Below are positions 10,775 through 20,540 of a stretch of DNA of 64,000 nt, in pieces. A program made the position numbers and the translations under genes. The notes beneath the pieces are model-generated. The model worked only from the letters and a program-made list of their open reading frames with translations, had not been told where the DNA came from and searched no databases. How positions within the stretch are numbered: the first letter of the stretch is position 1; each line of letters starts with the position of its first letter. The DNA comes from Ostreococcus lucimarinus (Eukaryota): the NCBI GenBank assembly GCA_000092065.1, contig CP000586.1; one strand, given 5' to 3'.

Positions 10775-10862
10775 TCGCGTCGCGTCGGCGCGTTCGAGGT
10801 CGCGTCGCGTCGGCGCGGTCGTCCTCGCGTCGCGTCGGCGCGGTCGACCTCGCGTCGCGTCG
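10775..10862. repeat. Tandem 25-nt repeat (~3.5 copies) in the RPC25/cyclase divergent intergenic region
   Basis: The core TCGCGTCGCGTCGGCGCGG recurs at 10775, 10800, 10825 and 10850 with an exact 25-nt period. Confidence 0.8.
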
Positions 10863-11216
10863 TTCGCCGTCGTCGTCTCGCCCGCGTCGGCGTCGCGGTG
10901 TGCCATCCAACCGCGACGGGCGCCGACGCGCCGATGCGCCGATGCGCGCGACGACGGCCATCGCAATCGAACGCGAATGCGACTGCGTCAGAAGACGTCG
11001 GTGCGCGCGACGTCCCGTCGGACGGGACGCGCGACGCGTGGGATGGCGCCGACGCGACGACGCGGACGCCGACGCGGCGCGGGCGACGACGCGCGCGACG
11101 ACGACGCGGATGGGTGCGATTTCAGTCGACGGTTGGCGCGAGGCGCGACGACGACGACGAAATTGAAGACGAACGCGGTGACGAATGCGCGACGACGACG
11201 CGCGCGTGGACGCGGT

Positions 11217-14200
11217 ATGGCGTGGAGGGTGGTAGCGGTGATAACGTGCGCGACGTCGTGGACGTGGGCGACGGTGTCGGCGAACGCCGTGACGTTGATC
11301 GGCGCCGGCGCGTCCTTTCCGGCGAGCGTGTACGGAGAGGCGATGAGCGCGTACGCGCAGGCGACGGCGAACGTGACGGTGACGTATAACTCATTTGGAA
11401 GTGGAAGTGGATTGTGTCGAATACAAAACGCCAGCGTGGAGTGTACGGATAGTAAAGGCGTGGACGAGGTAGATTTCGCGTGCAGTGACGCGTTGTTGAA
11501 TGATACGGCGTACGCGGCGTACCCCGATTTACAGATGTACCCCGTCATCGCAGGAGCGGTGGCGTTGGTGTACAATCTCCCAGACTCTACGTATAGCGGC
11601 ACGGCGACGGTGCTTAAATTCCTTAAATTCGACGCCAACGCCTTGTTGGGGGTGTTTTTGGGAAATATCACGCGTTGGAACGACGCCGCGATAACGGCGT
11701 TGAATCCGACGATGACGCTTCCGAACGAGTTGATCAAAATAGTGGTGCGTCAAGACAGTTCTGGGACGACGGAGGCTTGGACAAGTGCTTTATCGACGAT
11801 GAATGCATCTTTTGCGAGCGGGGTGGGGACGTCAAAGCTACCCGACTGGTCCGCGGTGTTGTCGAGTTACGTGACGAGATCTCAAGGGATCGGTGTCACG
11901 TCCTACGTCAAGGCGACGAATTACTCGTTGGGCTATGCCGTTTTGGCTGACGCAAACGCGGTGAACGCATCCATCGCTGGTTACGTTCACGCAGGCACCT
12001 CAACAGCGGTGCTCCCAAACTCTGCGTCGATTTTGCAAGCCGTGAAGACGCGAGGATTGCAATTTGGCAACAACGGCGACAACCCGGTGCGCCTGACGGC
12101 CACCATCGCTCCGGTGCTCACGAATGCTTTAGCTTGGCCGTTTACGACGTACTCGTACGTCGTATTGCGGACTGGTATGGTTGGCTTCACGGAGAGCGAT
12201 CGATTACGAGCCGGGGCGTCTTGTGAAAACGTGAAGCAGACAGTGGCGTTCTGGAACTGGTTTCTCACGAGCGCACAATCGTCGCGAATCGCCGAACAAC
12301 ATGGCTTTGCTGCGATGCACGACGAAATAGGCGCGCTTGTGTCTGCAAGACTCATCGCAGATGTCTATTGTCAAGGGACTCGCGTCGCGGCTGTGACAAC
12401 ATCAACCACTGTACAGGCTATACAGGTCGGAGTCACTGCTCCAGTCACACTCAATAGGCTTCTGTACTCGTTACGCGCCCTGTACGAAGCGTACAATTCG
12501 AGCTCAACGCTCGCCATTAGAGAACTGACCACTGCGGAGGGCGCACTGGCAAATATCCTTGCCGATAACGGTATGGCGATTGGGATTGATTTGGTTGGCA
12601 CTCCTCTCGCCGCTCTATCAAGGCTACCGTTGTTCTCGATTGAGGCACGAATGGGACTGAATAAAGGTGTTCTTCAATTAGGAGCGACAGGGACGACTCT
12701 GGCGCTCGACTCTGTGGCCGTCGCGGCAATTTTAAGCGGCGACGCCACGACGTGGGGGCATCCCGAAATAGTGCGCTTGAACACCTTTTTAAACGGGGTA
12801 ACGGCACCAATCGTCTTGGCTGGCATTCTCGATCCCGAAGCAAATGCATTCTATCGCACTTACCTTTCACAACTGGTCACTGCAAACGCTTCTTTTACGT
12901 TGGCTACACCGAGCTTTCGTGGGTTGTCATATTCTGAAGTCGCTGCTTTTGTTGTTGAAACTCCAAGCTCGATCGCTTTTCTTCCTGGAGACGTAGTGAA
13001 TGCTTTTAAGCCTTATCTGTCGTCGTCGAGCGCGTTGAGTAACCTCGCGGCTACCCAAATGGATGTGTATTACAAACCAGTCAATAGCGGCGCAGAGTGT
13101 GGGGGGGCAATGCGCCAGGCGCTCAAATCCATGCTCAGCATGTTAGAATGGATGGCTTCCGACACCGATGTACAAGGTATTATTACAGAAGCTGGTGTGA
13201 CGCCATCGTTTGCCTCATCACCGGCTGTGCTGCAGACATTTTTATCGAATGTGCGAAGCGTGACGTGCAACGGCGTCTCCATTCTGAATCCACAAAATGC
13301 GCAGTCGTCGGCTGCGTTGAGTGTGAGTCCACTGATAATGGCCCTATCTGTTGGCCTTGGGTTGTTGACGTTCGCGATGTTCGCATTCTTTGGAGGGGCA
13401 CTGCTGAAAAGTTTATTTGTCCAGACAATTTTGAATCAATACAAGCGCTCGCATCCTCCAACCGATGCGGAAGTCACAATCGTCGTCACAGACGTCCAAG
13501 CTTCGACGCAGCTTTGGCAAAAAGCTTCGGTTCACATGAATCGGGCTCTTGCAATACACGACAAAATAATGCGGGCGGCGATTCATCAAACATTTGGTTA
13601 TGAGGTTTTGACGGAAGGAGACAGTTTTGTCATCGCGTTCCACTCTGCAGGAGATGCGCTCAAGTTCGCGATGCTGGTTCAAGAGCGCATGCAAAACTAC
13701 GCCTGGGACTCACCGCTCATTAGAGTGTGTAATGAAGTCTACGACGCGTACGACGCAGAAATCTTCGAGCAAGCTACACAAGGTCGCAACTTTAAGGCAA
13801 AGGAACTTTTACTCAACGCCGTTTCGAGTCGTAGAGTGATTCAAGAAGACACCATGTACGACGAAGGCGACGTGAGTACTCATGCTGGTAGAGGACAAAT
13901 GAATGCGTTTAGAGTTCCTCTCGGGGCGAAGGCTAGTCCCTTGAGTGAAATTCCTAAGATTCACGGTCTTCGCGTACGTATCGGCATGCATACCGGATTC
14001 TGTCAGAGCAGAACGCATCCCACGACGCGACGACGAGAATACTACAAGGGGGCCGTGACGATTGCCAGCGCCGTCTCCGATTGTGCCACTGGTGGTCAGA
14101 CTGTGATTTCAGGGGAAACAATGGCGGCGATACTAGGTGAGATCAAAGAAACGTCCCGAGCTTTCCATGCGCTTCACATGGGACGCCATCAAATGGGGTT

Positions 14201-16226
14201 GAACGCCAAAGAGCTGGATTTGACGGAGGCTGTCGACGAGAGAACCGTGCAAGTTGACGGCAAGGTTGGGCTGGACGACTCGTCAGCGCCTACTGACGAC
14301 GTCACGTTTGCGCTGACCACGGATAGCACAAGACTAAGATGGCGTGCGTCCGATTCTGAAACATCGACAGAGGAAGGCTCGTTGGAAGTGAACCCGGCGT
14401 ACCGCTACGCGCAAAACGCGAAAGTCTCAATCATAAAGAAGGTGGCTTACGATAAAATACACCAGACGAGTCTATTCCAGTCCGAGCTGGTGCAAGCCGT
14501 GCCGAAGTCGCTTGCAACTCGTTTGGCGTTATTCTCTAATCTGCGCACTGTGCGTCAATTGGAGCCATCTTATTATGATTCGCCAGGACTGAACGATATG
14601 AAAGTCACCATCGTTTTCACGTACATCGAAGGTTTGAAGGAACTCAGCGTGGCATTAAAGGACGTGATGGAAGACTCCGTGGGTCTTCTAAATGCGGCTG
14701 TGCGCGCCACGCTACCAGTTTTTAACGGTTACGAGTCTAGAGAATCAAATGGCGAATTTTTGCTCGCTTTCCACTCGCCCAATGATGCGTACAAATGGGC
14801 TCTTCTTGCTCAAAGCGCGTTCATGAAGCTCGACTGGCCGAAAAAACTGTTGACGCATCGGAGCGCGAGACGCATGCGCAATGGAAGACGCGACGTATTC
14901 TTTGGACTCCGCGTGGGGATGGGTGTATGTTCTGGTAAGTGTGCCGACATCAGACCATGTATCCGCACCGGACGCTCCGAGTATTTCGGTGCAATCTTGA
15001 ATTTTGCGTCGAGGGTTGCACGCAGCGCCAAAGGTGGGCAAATTTTAACAGATTATGAAACCTTGAAATCGGCCATTCAAAACGATTATGTGGTTGAATT
15101 TTGTCACGATCTAGGAATGTACCAATTTAAGGGCATCGACAACACCGTACGAGTCATTCAAGTCTCCGACGCGTCGCTGATGATGCGTTCTTTTGAGGAA
15201 ATTGACGCAATCCAAGTCGCACCGCCGGTTGGATTGGATGAAGATCGCGATTTAAGGTCGCAAACACGGAGTGACGATCGTTCAAGTGTATGTATTTTGT
15301 TGTGTACGGCTAAATCACCACTGATAAAGATTGTGCAGTCGTTGGTGCGAGCCATTCGTAAAGAGATACAAGTCGTCAGTGCGCAGAGGATCGACGACGT
15401 CGTCAGTCAATTAAGACATCGTAATTCAGCTGGCCTCATTCATAACCACATGGTGATTGTTTCTGATGAGATCGAACGTTTAGACGTCGTGGATGCTTGC
15501 CGACAAATCCGCAGAAAACTCAACTTGTTTATGCAGCCGAGGCTCGCAGTGTACGCTTCACTCCTAAACGATCTCGACGCTGAACAGCTCGGCATTGACT
15601 GCCTTTTGCCTACTTTGGATGCACCTTTTGACGCTAGTTCATCCCGCAATTCATATGTCGATGGTGATAGTGATTCGGAGTACGAAGAAGATATGATTGC
15701 GTTCAAACAAGTGGTTGAATCTTTCCTTTTGGGAGAAGCGAGCGAGAGTGGCTTGGGCGTCTTGCAAAGGCTGTCAGAATCAGGCGGTATTGCATCAGCA
15801 CCGACTCTTGAAGCGAATCAAAACGATGAGAAACTACCAACGTTCAAACAAGCGCCCGTGCCAACTCATAACAAGCCGCTTTTGAGCATGTCCAACATTG
15901 GGATGTTGACTACGACGCTTGAGGCGGTTTGCGCAAGAGCTTTCGCAATCGACGTGAATCAACAGCTCATATTTGCTACGCGCCGCGCCGTGAAGGCTGG
16001 TGTGGGCGCTTCTTCGGGACCACTTCCGCCATCAGACTGGCTATCTCGAGTAAGTACTGTCGCTGCGAAGGCGCAAAGGGGTATACTCCGTCAGTCTTGG
16101 GTTGAAACGATAAAAGGCAGTTGGCTCGACGAAAATTCAGAGGACGAATACGTCGACGCCGTGCACAAACCGATTCGTCTCGGCGATGATTTCGCAGTTG
16201 TTTTAGTGACTTTGCAAAGTCGTTGA
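11217..16226 (+). CDS. Receptor-type class III nucleotide cyclase: signal peptide, PstS-like ectodomain(s), one TM helix, two cyclase homology domains, receiver-like tail
   Basis: Track ORF 10341..16226 is antisense to RPC25 at its 5' end. The convincing start is ATG 11217 (MAWRVVAVITCATSWTWATVSANA, signal-peptide-like). A ~310-aa PstS/phosphate-binding-protein-like domain follows (GAGASFPASVY, YNSFGSGSG, DFACSD, LVYNLP, FLGNITRWND, VRQDSSGTTEAWT, LGYAV). Next comes a second degenerate PBP-like module (ILSGDATTWGHPEIVRLN). The ectodomain carries many NxS/T sequons. There is one TM helix (LIMALSVGLGLLTFAMFAFFGGALL, ~13327-13405). CHD1 spans ~13470-14130 (VTIVVTDVQAST, GDSFVIAF, RIGMHTG). CHD2 spans ~14600-15165 (VTIVFTYIEG, NGEFLLAF, RVGMGVCSG, FGAILNFASRVA). 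A ~350-aa C-terminal tail completes the protein. Confidence 0.85.
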   Translation: MAWRVVAVITCATSWTWATVSANAVTLIGAGASFPASVYGEAMSAYAQATANVTVTYNSFGSGSGLCRIQNASVECTDSKGVDEVDFACSDALLNDTAYAAYPDLQMYPVIAGAVALVYNLPDSTYSGTATVLKFLKFDANALLGVFLGNITRWNDAAITALNPTMTLPNELIKIVVRQDSSGTTEAWTSALSTMNASFASGVGTSKLPDWSAVLSSYVTRSQGIGVTSYVKATNYSLGYAVLADANAVNASIAGYVHAGTSTAVLPNSASILQAVKTRGLQFGNNGDNPVRLTATIAPVLTNALAWPFTTYSYVVLRTGMVGFTESDRLRAGASCENVKQTVAFWNWFLTSAQSSRIAEQHGFAAMHDEIGALVSARLIADVYCQGTRVAAVTTSTTVQAIQVGVTAPVTLNRLLYSLRALYEAYNSSSTLAIRELTTAEGALANILADNGMAIGIDLVGTPLAALSRLPLFSIEARMGLNKGVLQLGATGTTLALDSVAVAAILSGDATTWGHPEIVRLNTFLNGVTAPIVLAGILDPEANAFYRTYLSQLVTANASFTLATPSFRGLSYSEVAAFVVETPSSIAFLPGDVVNAFKPYLSSSSALSNLAATQMDVYYKPVNSGAECGGAMRQALKSMLSMLEWMASDTDVQGIITEAGVTPSFASSPAVLQTFLSNVRSVTCNGVSILNPQNAQSSAALSVSPLIMALSVGLGLLTFAMFAFFGGALLKSLFVQTILNQYKRSHPPTDAEVTIVVTDVQASTQLWQKASVHMNRALAIHDKIMRAAIHQTFGYEVLTEGDSFVIAFHSAGDALKFAMLVQERMQNYAWDSPLIRVCNEVYDAYDAEIFEQATQGRNFKAKELLLNAVSSRRVIQEDTMYDEGDVSTHAGRGQMNAFRVPLGAKASPLSEIPKIHGLRVRIGMHTGFCQSRTHPTTRRREYYKGAVTIASAVSDCATGGQTVISGETMAAILGEIKETSRAFHALHMGRHQMGLNAKELDLTEAVDERTVQVDGKVGLDDSSAPTDDVTFALTTDSTRLRWRASDSETSTEEGSLEVNPAYRYAQNAKVSIIKKVAYDKIHQTSLFQSELVQAVPKSLATRLALFSNLRTVRQLEPSYYDSPGLNDMKVTIVFTYIEGLKELSVALKDVMEDSVGLLNAAVRATLPVFNGYESRESNGEFLLAFHSPNDAYKWALLAQSAFMKLDWPKKLLTHRSARRMRNGRRDVFFGLRVGMGVCSGKCADIRPCIRTGRSEYFGAILNFASRVARSAKGGQILTDYETLKSAIQNDYVVEFCHDLGMYQFKGIDNTVRVIQVSDASLMMRSFEEIDAIQVAPPVGLDEDRDLRSQTRSDDRSSVCILLCTAKSPLIKIVQSLVRAIRKEIQVVSAQRIDDVVSQLRHRNSAGLIHNHMVIVSDEIERLDVVDACRQIRRKLNLFMQPRLAVYASLLNDLDAEQLGIDCLLPTLDAPFDASSSRNSYVDGDSDSEYEEDMIAFKQVVESFLLGEASESGLGVLQRLSESGGIASAPTLEANQNDEKLPTFKQAPVPTHNKPLLSMSNIGMLTTTLEAVCARAFAIDVNQQLIFATRRAVKAGVGASSGPLPPSDWLSRVSTVAAKAQRGILRQSWVETIKGSWLDENSEDEYVDAVHKPIRLGDDFAVVLVTLQSR

Positions 16227-16302
16227 AGTGCGTTTAGTTTTATTATACATTACCTAGTAAGATCACTTGTAGAACAATTGCGAGCGCTGTAAAAGCAATC
16301 AC

Positions 16303-19300
16303 CTAATAACCGGTATCTCCAACGAGCGACGCATACGTCGAGTTCTCTCTTTCATCCGCTCGTCGGTCCCGAAGTTTTCCCGAAGCTTTCAGCATGAAAG
16401 CTGGGAGGTCTAGTCCTAGTAAACTATAAATTATTTTGCGTGTTTCTTTCATGACACTCGGTGGTGCGTCCCACGAATTCAACGACAGGGTTTCAGCTGC
16501 GTTTTCAGTTCCCCGACTCGGTTCGGCGACAGCAAGGAGGGCAATGTACAAATGCTCCGCCGCTGCGCAACGCACGCGAGGGAAGCGGTTCGCCATGAGT
16601 GCGAGTAGCCCCATCGATGCTGATTCGTGAACGACGCTATCAGCAGCACCGACGAAGTGAGCCAGGCATGCGCTCCCAGTGACGAGCTTTGAAATATCTC
16701 TGCTCGAGAAACACTCACAACGAATAGCTTCGATGAGTTGAATCGCGTGCGTGTGCGCCTGATCCAACGCGCCGTGCGAAATTAGGGCATCGCACACTCG
16801 TAAAGCCGGTACCGTAACGCGATCAACGTGCTTGTTTTGACACAGATCTTGTATAATCGATGCCACAACAATATCTGGAAGGCCCTCAAACCGCCTAATC
16901 GCTCGTAACAACGCATCGGTCGAAAAGCGCACCAGACTGTCGCCTACACTTCCGCAACTCAGAAACCATCCGCTCAACGCGGCGTTGACGTACGCCTCTG
17001 CGCCGAGAACGGGAGTTAACGTCGCGAAAATTGTCGAGACATGGGAAGCATCTGGCGCTGTTTCGACAGTCGCTGGCAAGCAACATTGTAAAACATCGTA
17101 GTCTGGCACACCAGAGAGCGCGTGTACTGTTAGTTTGGCCTGCACTCGCATTCTAACTCGAATCGCGTCACCACCACGCACGAGCTGCACGAGCGTCACA
17201 AGCGCTTGACATCGAATGCGGTCGATTTTTTCGAATGCTTGCTTGAGAAGTGCTGTCATGATGTTTTGCGACTGATCTGCAGCTAAAGCATTGCGCATTT
17301 GCAAAGCGGCGACAAGCACAGGGAAGCATTTCATCGCCGATTCTCGCACCCACGAGCCGACGTCGCCACGGTTGTCAACGCTGTAGTCGCACAAACATCC
17401 GAGTAAAGTGGCGATCGCAGTGTCCGATACAAAGGCGATGTCGTCGTCATCGATATCATGGCACTCTGCACACATTAATTTCACACTCAGCTCCGAGAGA
17501 CTGATCGTTGCGTTCACCCGCGTCTCGGCGTCTCTCATTTCTACATCTTCTTCCGGTTTCGTGGCTACCGACAGCGCCGTGATGACCGCGCGCAGAGTTG
17601 CACTTTTATCTTCACTATTTTTCGCGGCGAGAAGACTTGTCACAGGAAATCCGCCTAATACGAGCGCCGATCCACGCCGCACGACACCTACGAGATCGTT
17701 GACGACGATTTCAGCGTGCCTCAATAGCAAGCAATGAGCACGGTGAGATCCACGCGAAGCGTAATTCGTCTCTGTAAATGCGGCGATGGCGTCTGAGGCG
17801 GCAGCCTGTACGTCTCCGTTGCAGCACTGCAGACTCTCTTCCGCAAAGTAGACAAAGGCATCTGTCGCCTTCGAGTCAATCTTGTGATTCTCGTCGCAGC
17901 ACAAAAACACGCACTCAATGAGCCTACACGTCGCGCCACGCATTATTTCGCCGCCTTTTCCTTTGTACATCTTCTCCCTTTCCATACTTTGAACTAAATC
18001 GGCTACTCGTTCGAAACAGTCGTCTTCGAGTTTTGTTTTTGCACGCTGTGTCACGAGTAACATCTCACCGATCGAAAGCACAGCGCCGTGGCGCGTCGAC
18101 AAGTCAGAACTCGTCGCGCGCGACAGAACTGTTTTTATGCCTACGTCACCGATCCACTGCGGGTCTAAATTACCCAGAGCTCTGATTGTTTTCGTCGCGA
18201 GTTGCCGCGTGGCAAGTTCCCAGTGCGTGAGCTTCGTGTCCAACACGTGCTCGAGTAACGAACGCCTATATTCTTCAAACTGACAGATGAATGGTGCCAC
18301 CGTCAACGCAGCTCGGGTTCGCGATCCAAGCGAAAAGTAATCCGCCACGGTGACAATGTCGATGCCGTGAGGAAACTTGCCGAGCCGTCCGACGGCTTCT
18401 TGAAAGGCAGCGGATGCGGCTCGGCGACAATTAACTTCACGATCGAAACACGATATCATGAGAAGCCTCGGTGCAAGTTGGTCGACAAAAGGTTCGAAAA
18501 CGCCCGGTTCATATGCGCGCGCAAACGCCCAACATACATATGCTGCCGCATCTCGCACGTGCGCACCGATTGAGTGCGCTCCTCGTCGAACGTCGTAGAT
18601 GAGAGCGTCCATGCATCGCGGTACGGCCTCCACCAATCTATTCGGCAACAACAATCCACGTCGAGCGAGCTCAGCCAGAGCTAAACATGCGCCGTGCCAA
18701 GTTGAATCGCTTTCGATAACCGATAAGCACGCCAAAACCGCTCCAACGACTTCGTCACCAAAATCACGCGGGAGTCGAGAGCTAATTCTCCCCAACGCTT
18801 TCGCCGATGTCCAGCGTACGATAGTCTCCGCATCTCGCAAACCGACGAGACATATTTCAACAATATCATCAACAGCCATGTGCACGTCGCATTTATCATC
18901 TTCGTCCGCCGCCGTGGTGAGTTGCTTCGTCGGCGGCTTTTGCATCGCCCCGCTCAAGTTATCTTGCAAACACCGCGCACCACGATCATATCGCCACGAC
19001 ACCACTCGAGGTTTCATAAAAACCAAACCCACGCGACTGGCGAGCTTGATACTCAGTTGTCTCACCATGGTCGAGCGTTTCGCCAAACTTAGCCGCGTCG
19101 CGCAATACTGCGCGTCGTCCCAGTTTCCCTCCGCGTACGGCAGCAACTGCTCTCGAGATCCAATCTTGTATATCGCCGCGAGCGCCCGCAGTACACCCGG
19201 TACTAAGAAAATCATTTCTCTTTCCTTTTCATCATTGACGTCTCCACGAAGCGTCGCGCTCGACCAGGTCATGAACTCGCGCAACGCCTCGCTCATGTCC

Positions 19301-19989
19301 GGTCGCGTGAGAAGCTTGGCGAGCGTTTGCGCCGCCACGTCGCGCACCGCGGACGGATCGCCTAAAAAGTGCTTGCACTCTCGCATCAAATCACTCACGA
19401 CGCTCGGAATTTTCGAACGCGACGAATGCGGATCGATCGCGCTATCGATCGACACCAAGTCAAACGGCGCCAACGCCAAAATCGACAACCAACTCGTGAG
19501 CACGCGTTGCGTTTCCCACGTATTGTCTCCACGCACTCGCGCTTCCCGCAGCAGACGCACCGCCGGCTCTAAATACTTCGCCGCGTTCGGATAGAACCGC
19601 ACGCACGTCTTCCATCCGCGCACGCTCGACAGCGCATCCAGCGCCCTGCAGCACGCGTTCGCGTTCGCCTTCGCGTTCGCGTTCTCGTTTTCGTTTTCGT
19701 TCGCCTCCGTCGACGCTCGCGCCACCGCGTCCATCAAAGGCTCGATCACGCCCCCCAGCATCGGATCCAGCACCGTCGGCTGTTCTCTATACTTTTCAAT
19801 CACTCCCACGAACGCCCGCACGTCGTCTTCGTCCGCGGCGTCGTCTTCTTCGTCGCGTCCACGCGCGCTTCGCCGAGTCAACGCGCGAACGATGGCATCC
19901 ATCGCGTCGCCGTCTGCCGCGACGTCCACGCGCGACGTCGCGCGCTCGCGACGACGCGCGTCATCACCCTCACCCTCGCGCGTCCCCAT
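16303..19989 (-). CDS. TBCD: Tubulin-folding cofactor D (beta-tubulin chaperone)
   Basis: ATG at 19989, 1228 aa, HEAT-like repeats throughout. TBCD hallmark stretches are present: VVSWRYDRGARCLQDNL, ETIVRWTSAKALGRISSRLP, WHGACLALAELARRGLLLP, RDAAAYVCWAFARAY, FDREVNCRRAASAAFQEAVGR. Confidence 0.9.
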   Translation of the reverse strand: MGTREGEGDDARRRERATSRVDVAADGDAMDAIVRALTRRSARGRDEEDDAADEDDVRAFVGVIEKYREQPTVLDPMLGGVIEPLMDAVARASTEANENENENANAKANANACCRALDALSSVRGWKTCVRFYPNAAKYLEPAVRLLREARVRGDNTWETQRVLTSWLSILALAPFDLVSIDSAIDPHSSRSKIPSVVSDLMRECKHFLGDPSAVRDVAAQTLAKLLTRPDMSEALREFMTWSSATLRGDVNDEKEREMIFLVPGVLRALAAIYKIGSREQLLPYAEGNWDDAQYCATRLSLAKRSTMVRQLSIKLASRVGLVFMKPRVVSWRYDRGARCLQDNLSGAMQKPPTKQLTTAADEDDKCDVHMAVDDIVEICLVGLRDAETIVRWTSAKALGRISSRLPRDFGDEVVGAVLACLSVIESDSTWHGACLALAELARRGLLLPNRLVEAVPRCMDALIYDVRRGAHSIGAHVRDAAAYVCWAFARAYEPGVFEPFVDQLAPRLLMISCFDREVNCRRAASAAFQEAVGRLGKFPHGIDIVTVADYFSLGSRTRAALTVAPFICQFEEYRRSLLEHVLDTKLTHWELATRQLATKTIRALGNLDPQWIGDVGIKTVLSRATSSDLSTRHGAVLSIGEMLLVTQRAKTKLEDDCFERVADLVQSMEREKMYKGKGGEIMRGATCRLIECVFLCCDENHKIDSKATDAFVYFAEESLQCCNGDVQAAASDAIAAFTETNYASRGSHRAHCLLLRHAEIVVNDLVGVVRRGSALVLGGFPVTSLLAAKNSEDKSATLRAVITALSVATKPEEDVEMRDAETRVNATISLSELSVKLMCAECHDIDDDDIAFVSDTAIATLLGCLCDYSVDNRGDVGSWVRESAMKCFPVLVAALQMRNALAADQSQNIMTALLKQAFEKIDRIRCQALVTLVQLVRGGDAIRVRMRVQAKLTVHALSGVPDYDVLQCCLPATVETAPDASHVSTIFATLTPVLGAEAYVNAALSGWFLSCGSVGDSLVRFSTDALLRAIRRFEGLPDIVVASIIQDLCQNKHVDRVTVPALRVCDALISHGALDQAHTHAIQLIEAIRCECFSSRDISKLVTGSACLAHFVGAADSVVHESASMGLLALMANRFPRVRCAAAEHLYIALLAVAEPSRGTENAAETLSLNSWDAPPSVMKETRKIIYSLLGLDLPAFMLKASGKLRDRRADERENSTYASLVGDTGY
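19655..19702. repeat. Hexanucleotide microsatellite (GCGTTC-like, 8 units) inside the TBCD coding region
   Basis: GCGTTC GCGTTC GCCTTC GCGTTC GCGTTC TCGTTT TCGTTT TCGTTC. On the minus strand this encodes NENENENANAKANANA in TBCD. The same hexamer recurs at 28189..28218. Confidence 0.85.
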
Positions 19990-20246
19990 CGCCGACGCCA
20001 GACGCGCGTGCGCGGCGCCTAGTCCGCCGCGCGCGCGTCTGGCGATGACGCGTGTGGCGGTTGGCGCGTTCGGGCGCGCGGCGCGCGCGCGCGCGGCGGA
20101 CTAGGGTTAGAGCTTGGAGTCAACGCGCGCGCGCGAAAGGATGGACCGTCGCGATCGGACGTGCTTTTATACAATTCTAAACGCTCGCCGCGCTCGCGCG
20201 CTCGCGCGCGTCCGCGGCGGCGCGATTCAAACGCCGCGCGGCGACG

Positions 20247-20540
20247 CTAGGAAAACGCCCACCGCGCGAAGAAGACGAAGACGAAGACCAAGCACACGAC
20301 TTGCCAAAAATATCCCTGCCTTCTCGCCTGCTCCACGACCTGCGCGAACGCGCGCGCGCTTTCTCTCAGAGCGTCTCTCGCTCGCGCGAAGTCATCGCTC
20401 TGTTCGTCGAGCATTCTTCGCTGCGCGCCGACTTCGTCGTGAATGTCGATGGTGATGTTCTTCAGCGCCGACGCGCGTTCGCTCACGCGGTCGATGTCTC
20501 GATCGTTTTCGCGCTCCATCGCGCGCGTCGCGGCGTGCAT
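20247..20540 (-). CDS. Bet1/Sft1-family Qc-SNARE (tail-anchored)
   Basis: The track ORF begins at a TTG (20810). The first ATG is at 20540, giving 97 aa. The sequence MHAATRAMERENDRDIDRVSERASALKNITIDIHDEVGAQRRMLDEQSDDFARARDALRESARAFAQVV forms a SNARE heptad motif. It ends in a C-terminal TM anchor (YFWQVVCLVFVFVFFARWAF). Size and layout match Sft1/Bet1. Confidence 0.75.
   Translation of the reverse strand: MHAATRAMERENDRDIDRVSERASALKNITIDIHDEVGAQRRMLDEQSDDFARARDALRESARAFAQVVEQARRQGYFWQVVCLVFVFVFFARWAFS

Noticed and set aside
10341-11216. The 5' 292 codons of track ORF 10341..16226
   Set aside because: They are antisense to RPC25 and then Arg/Ala-rich intergenic read-through. A signal-peptide-like ATG at 11217 fits the receptor architecture.
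20102-20109. An interstitial telomere-like TAGGGTTA (and CCCTAAC at 451-457)
   Set aside because: These are single imperfect units, not an array. They are compatible with chance.
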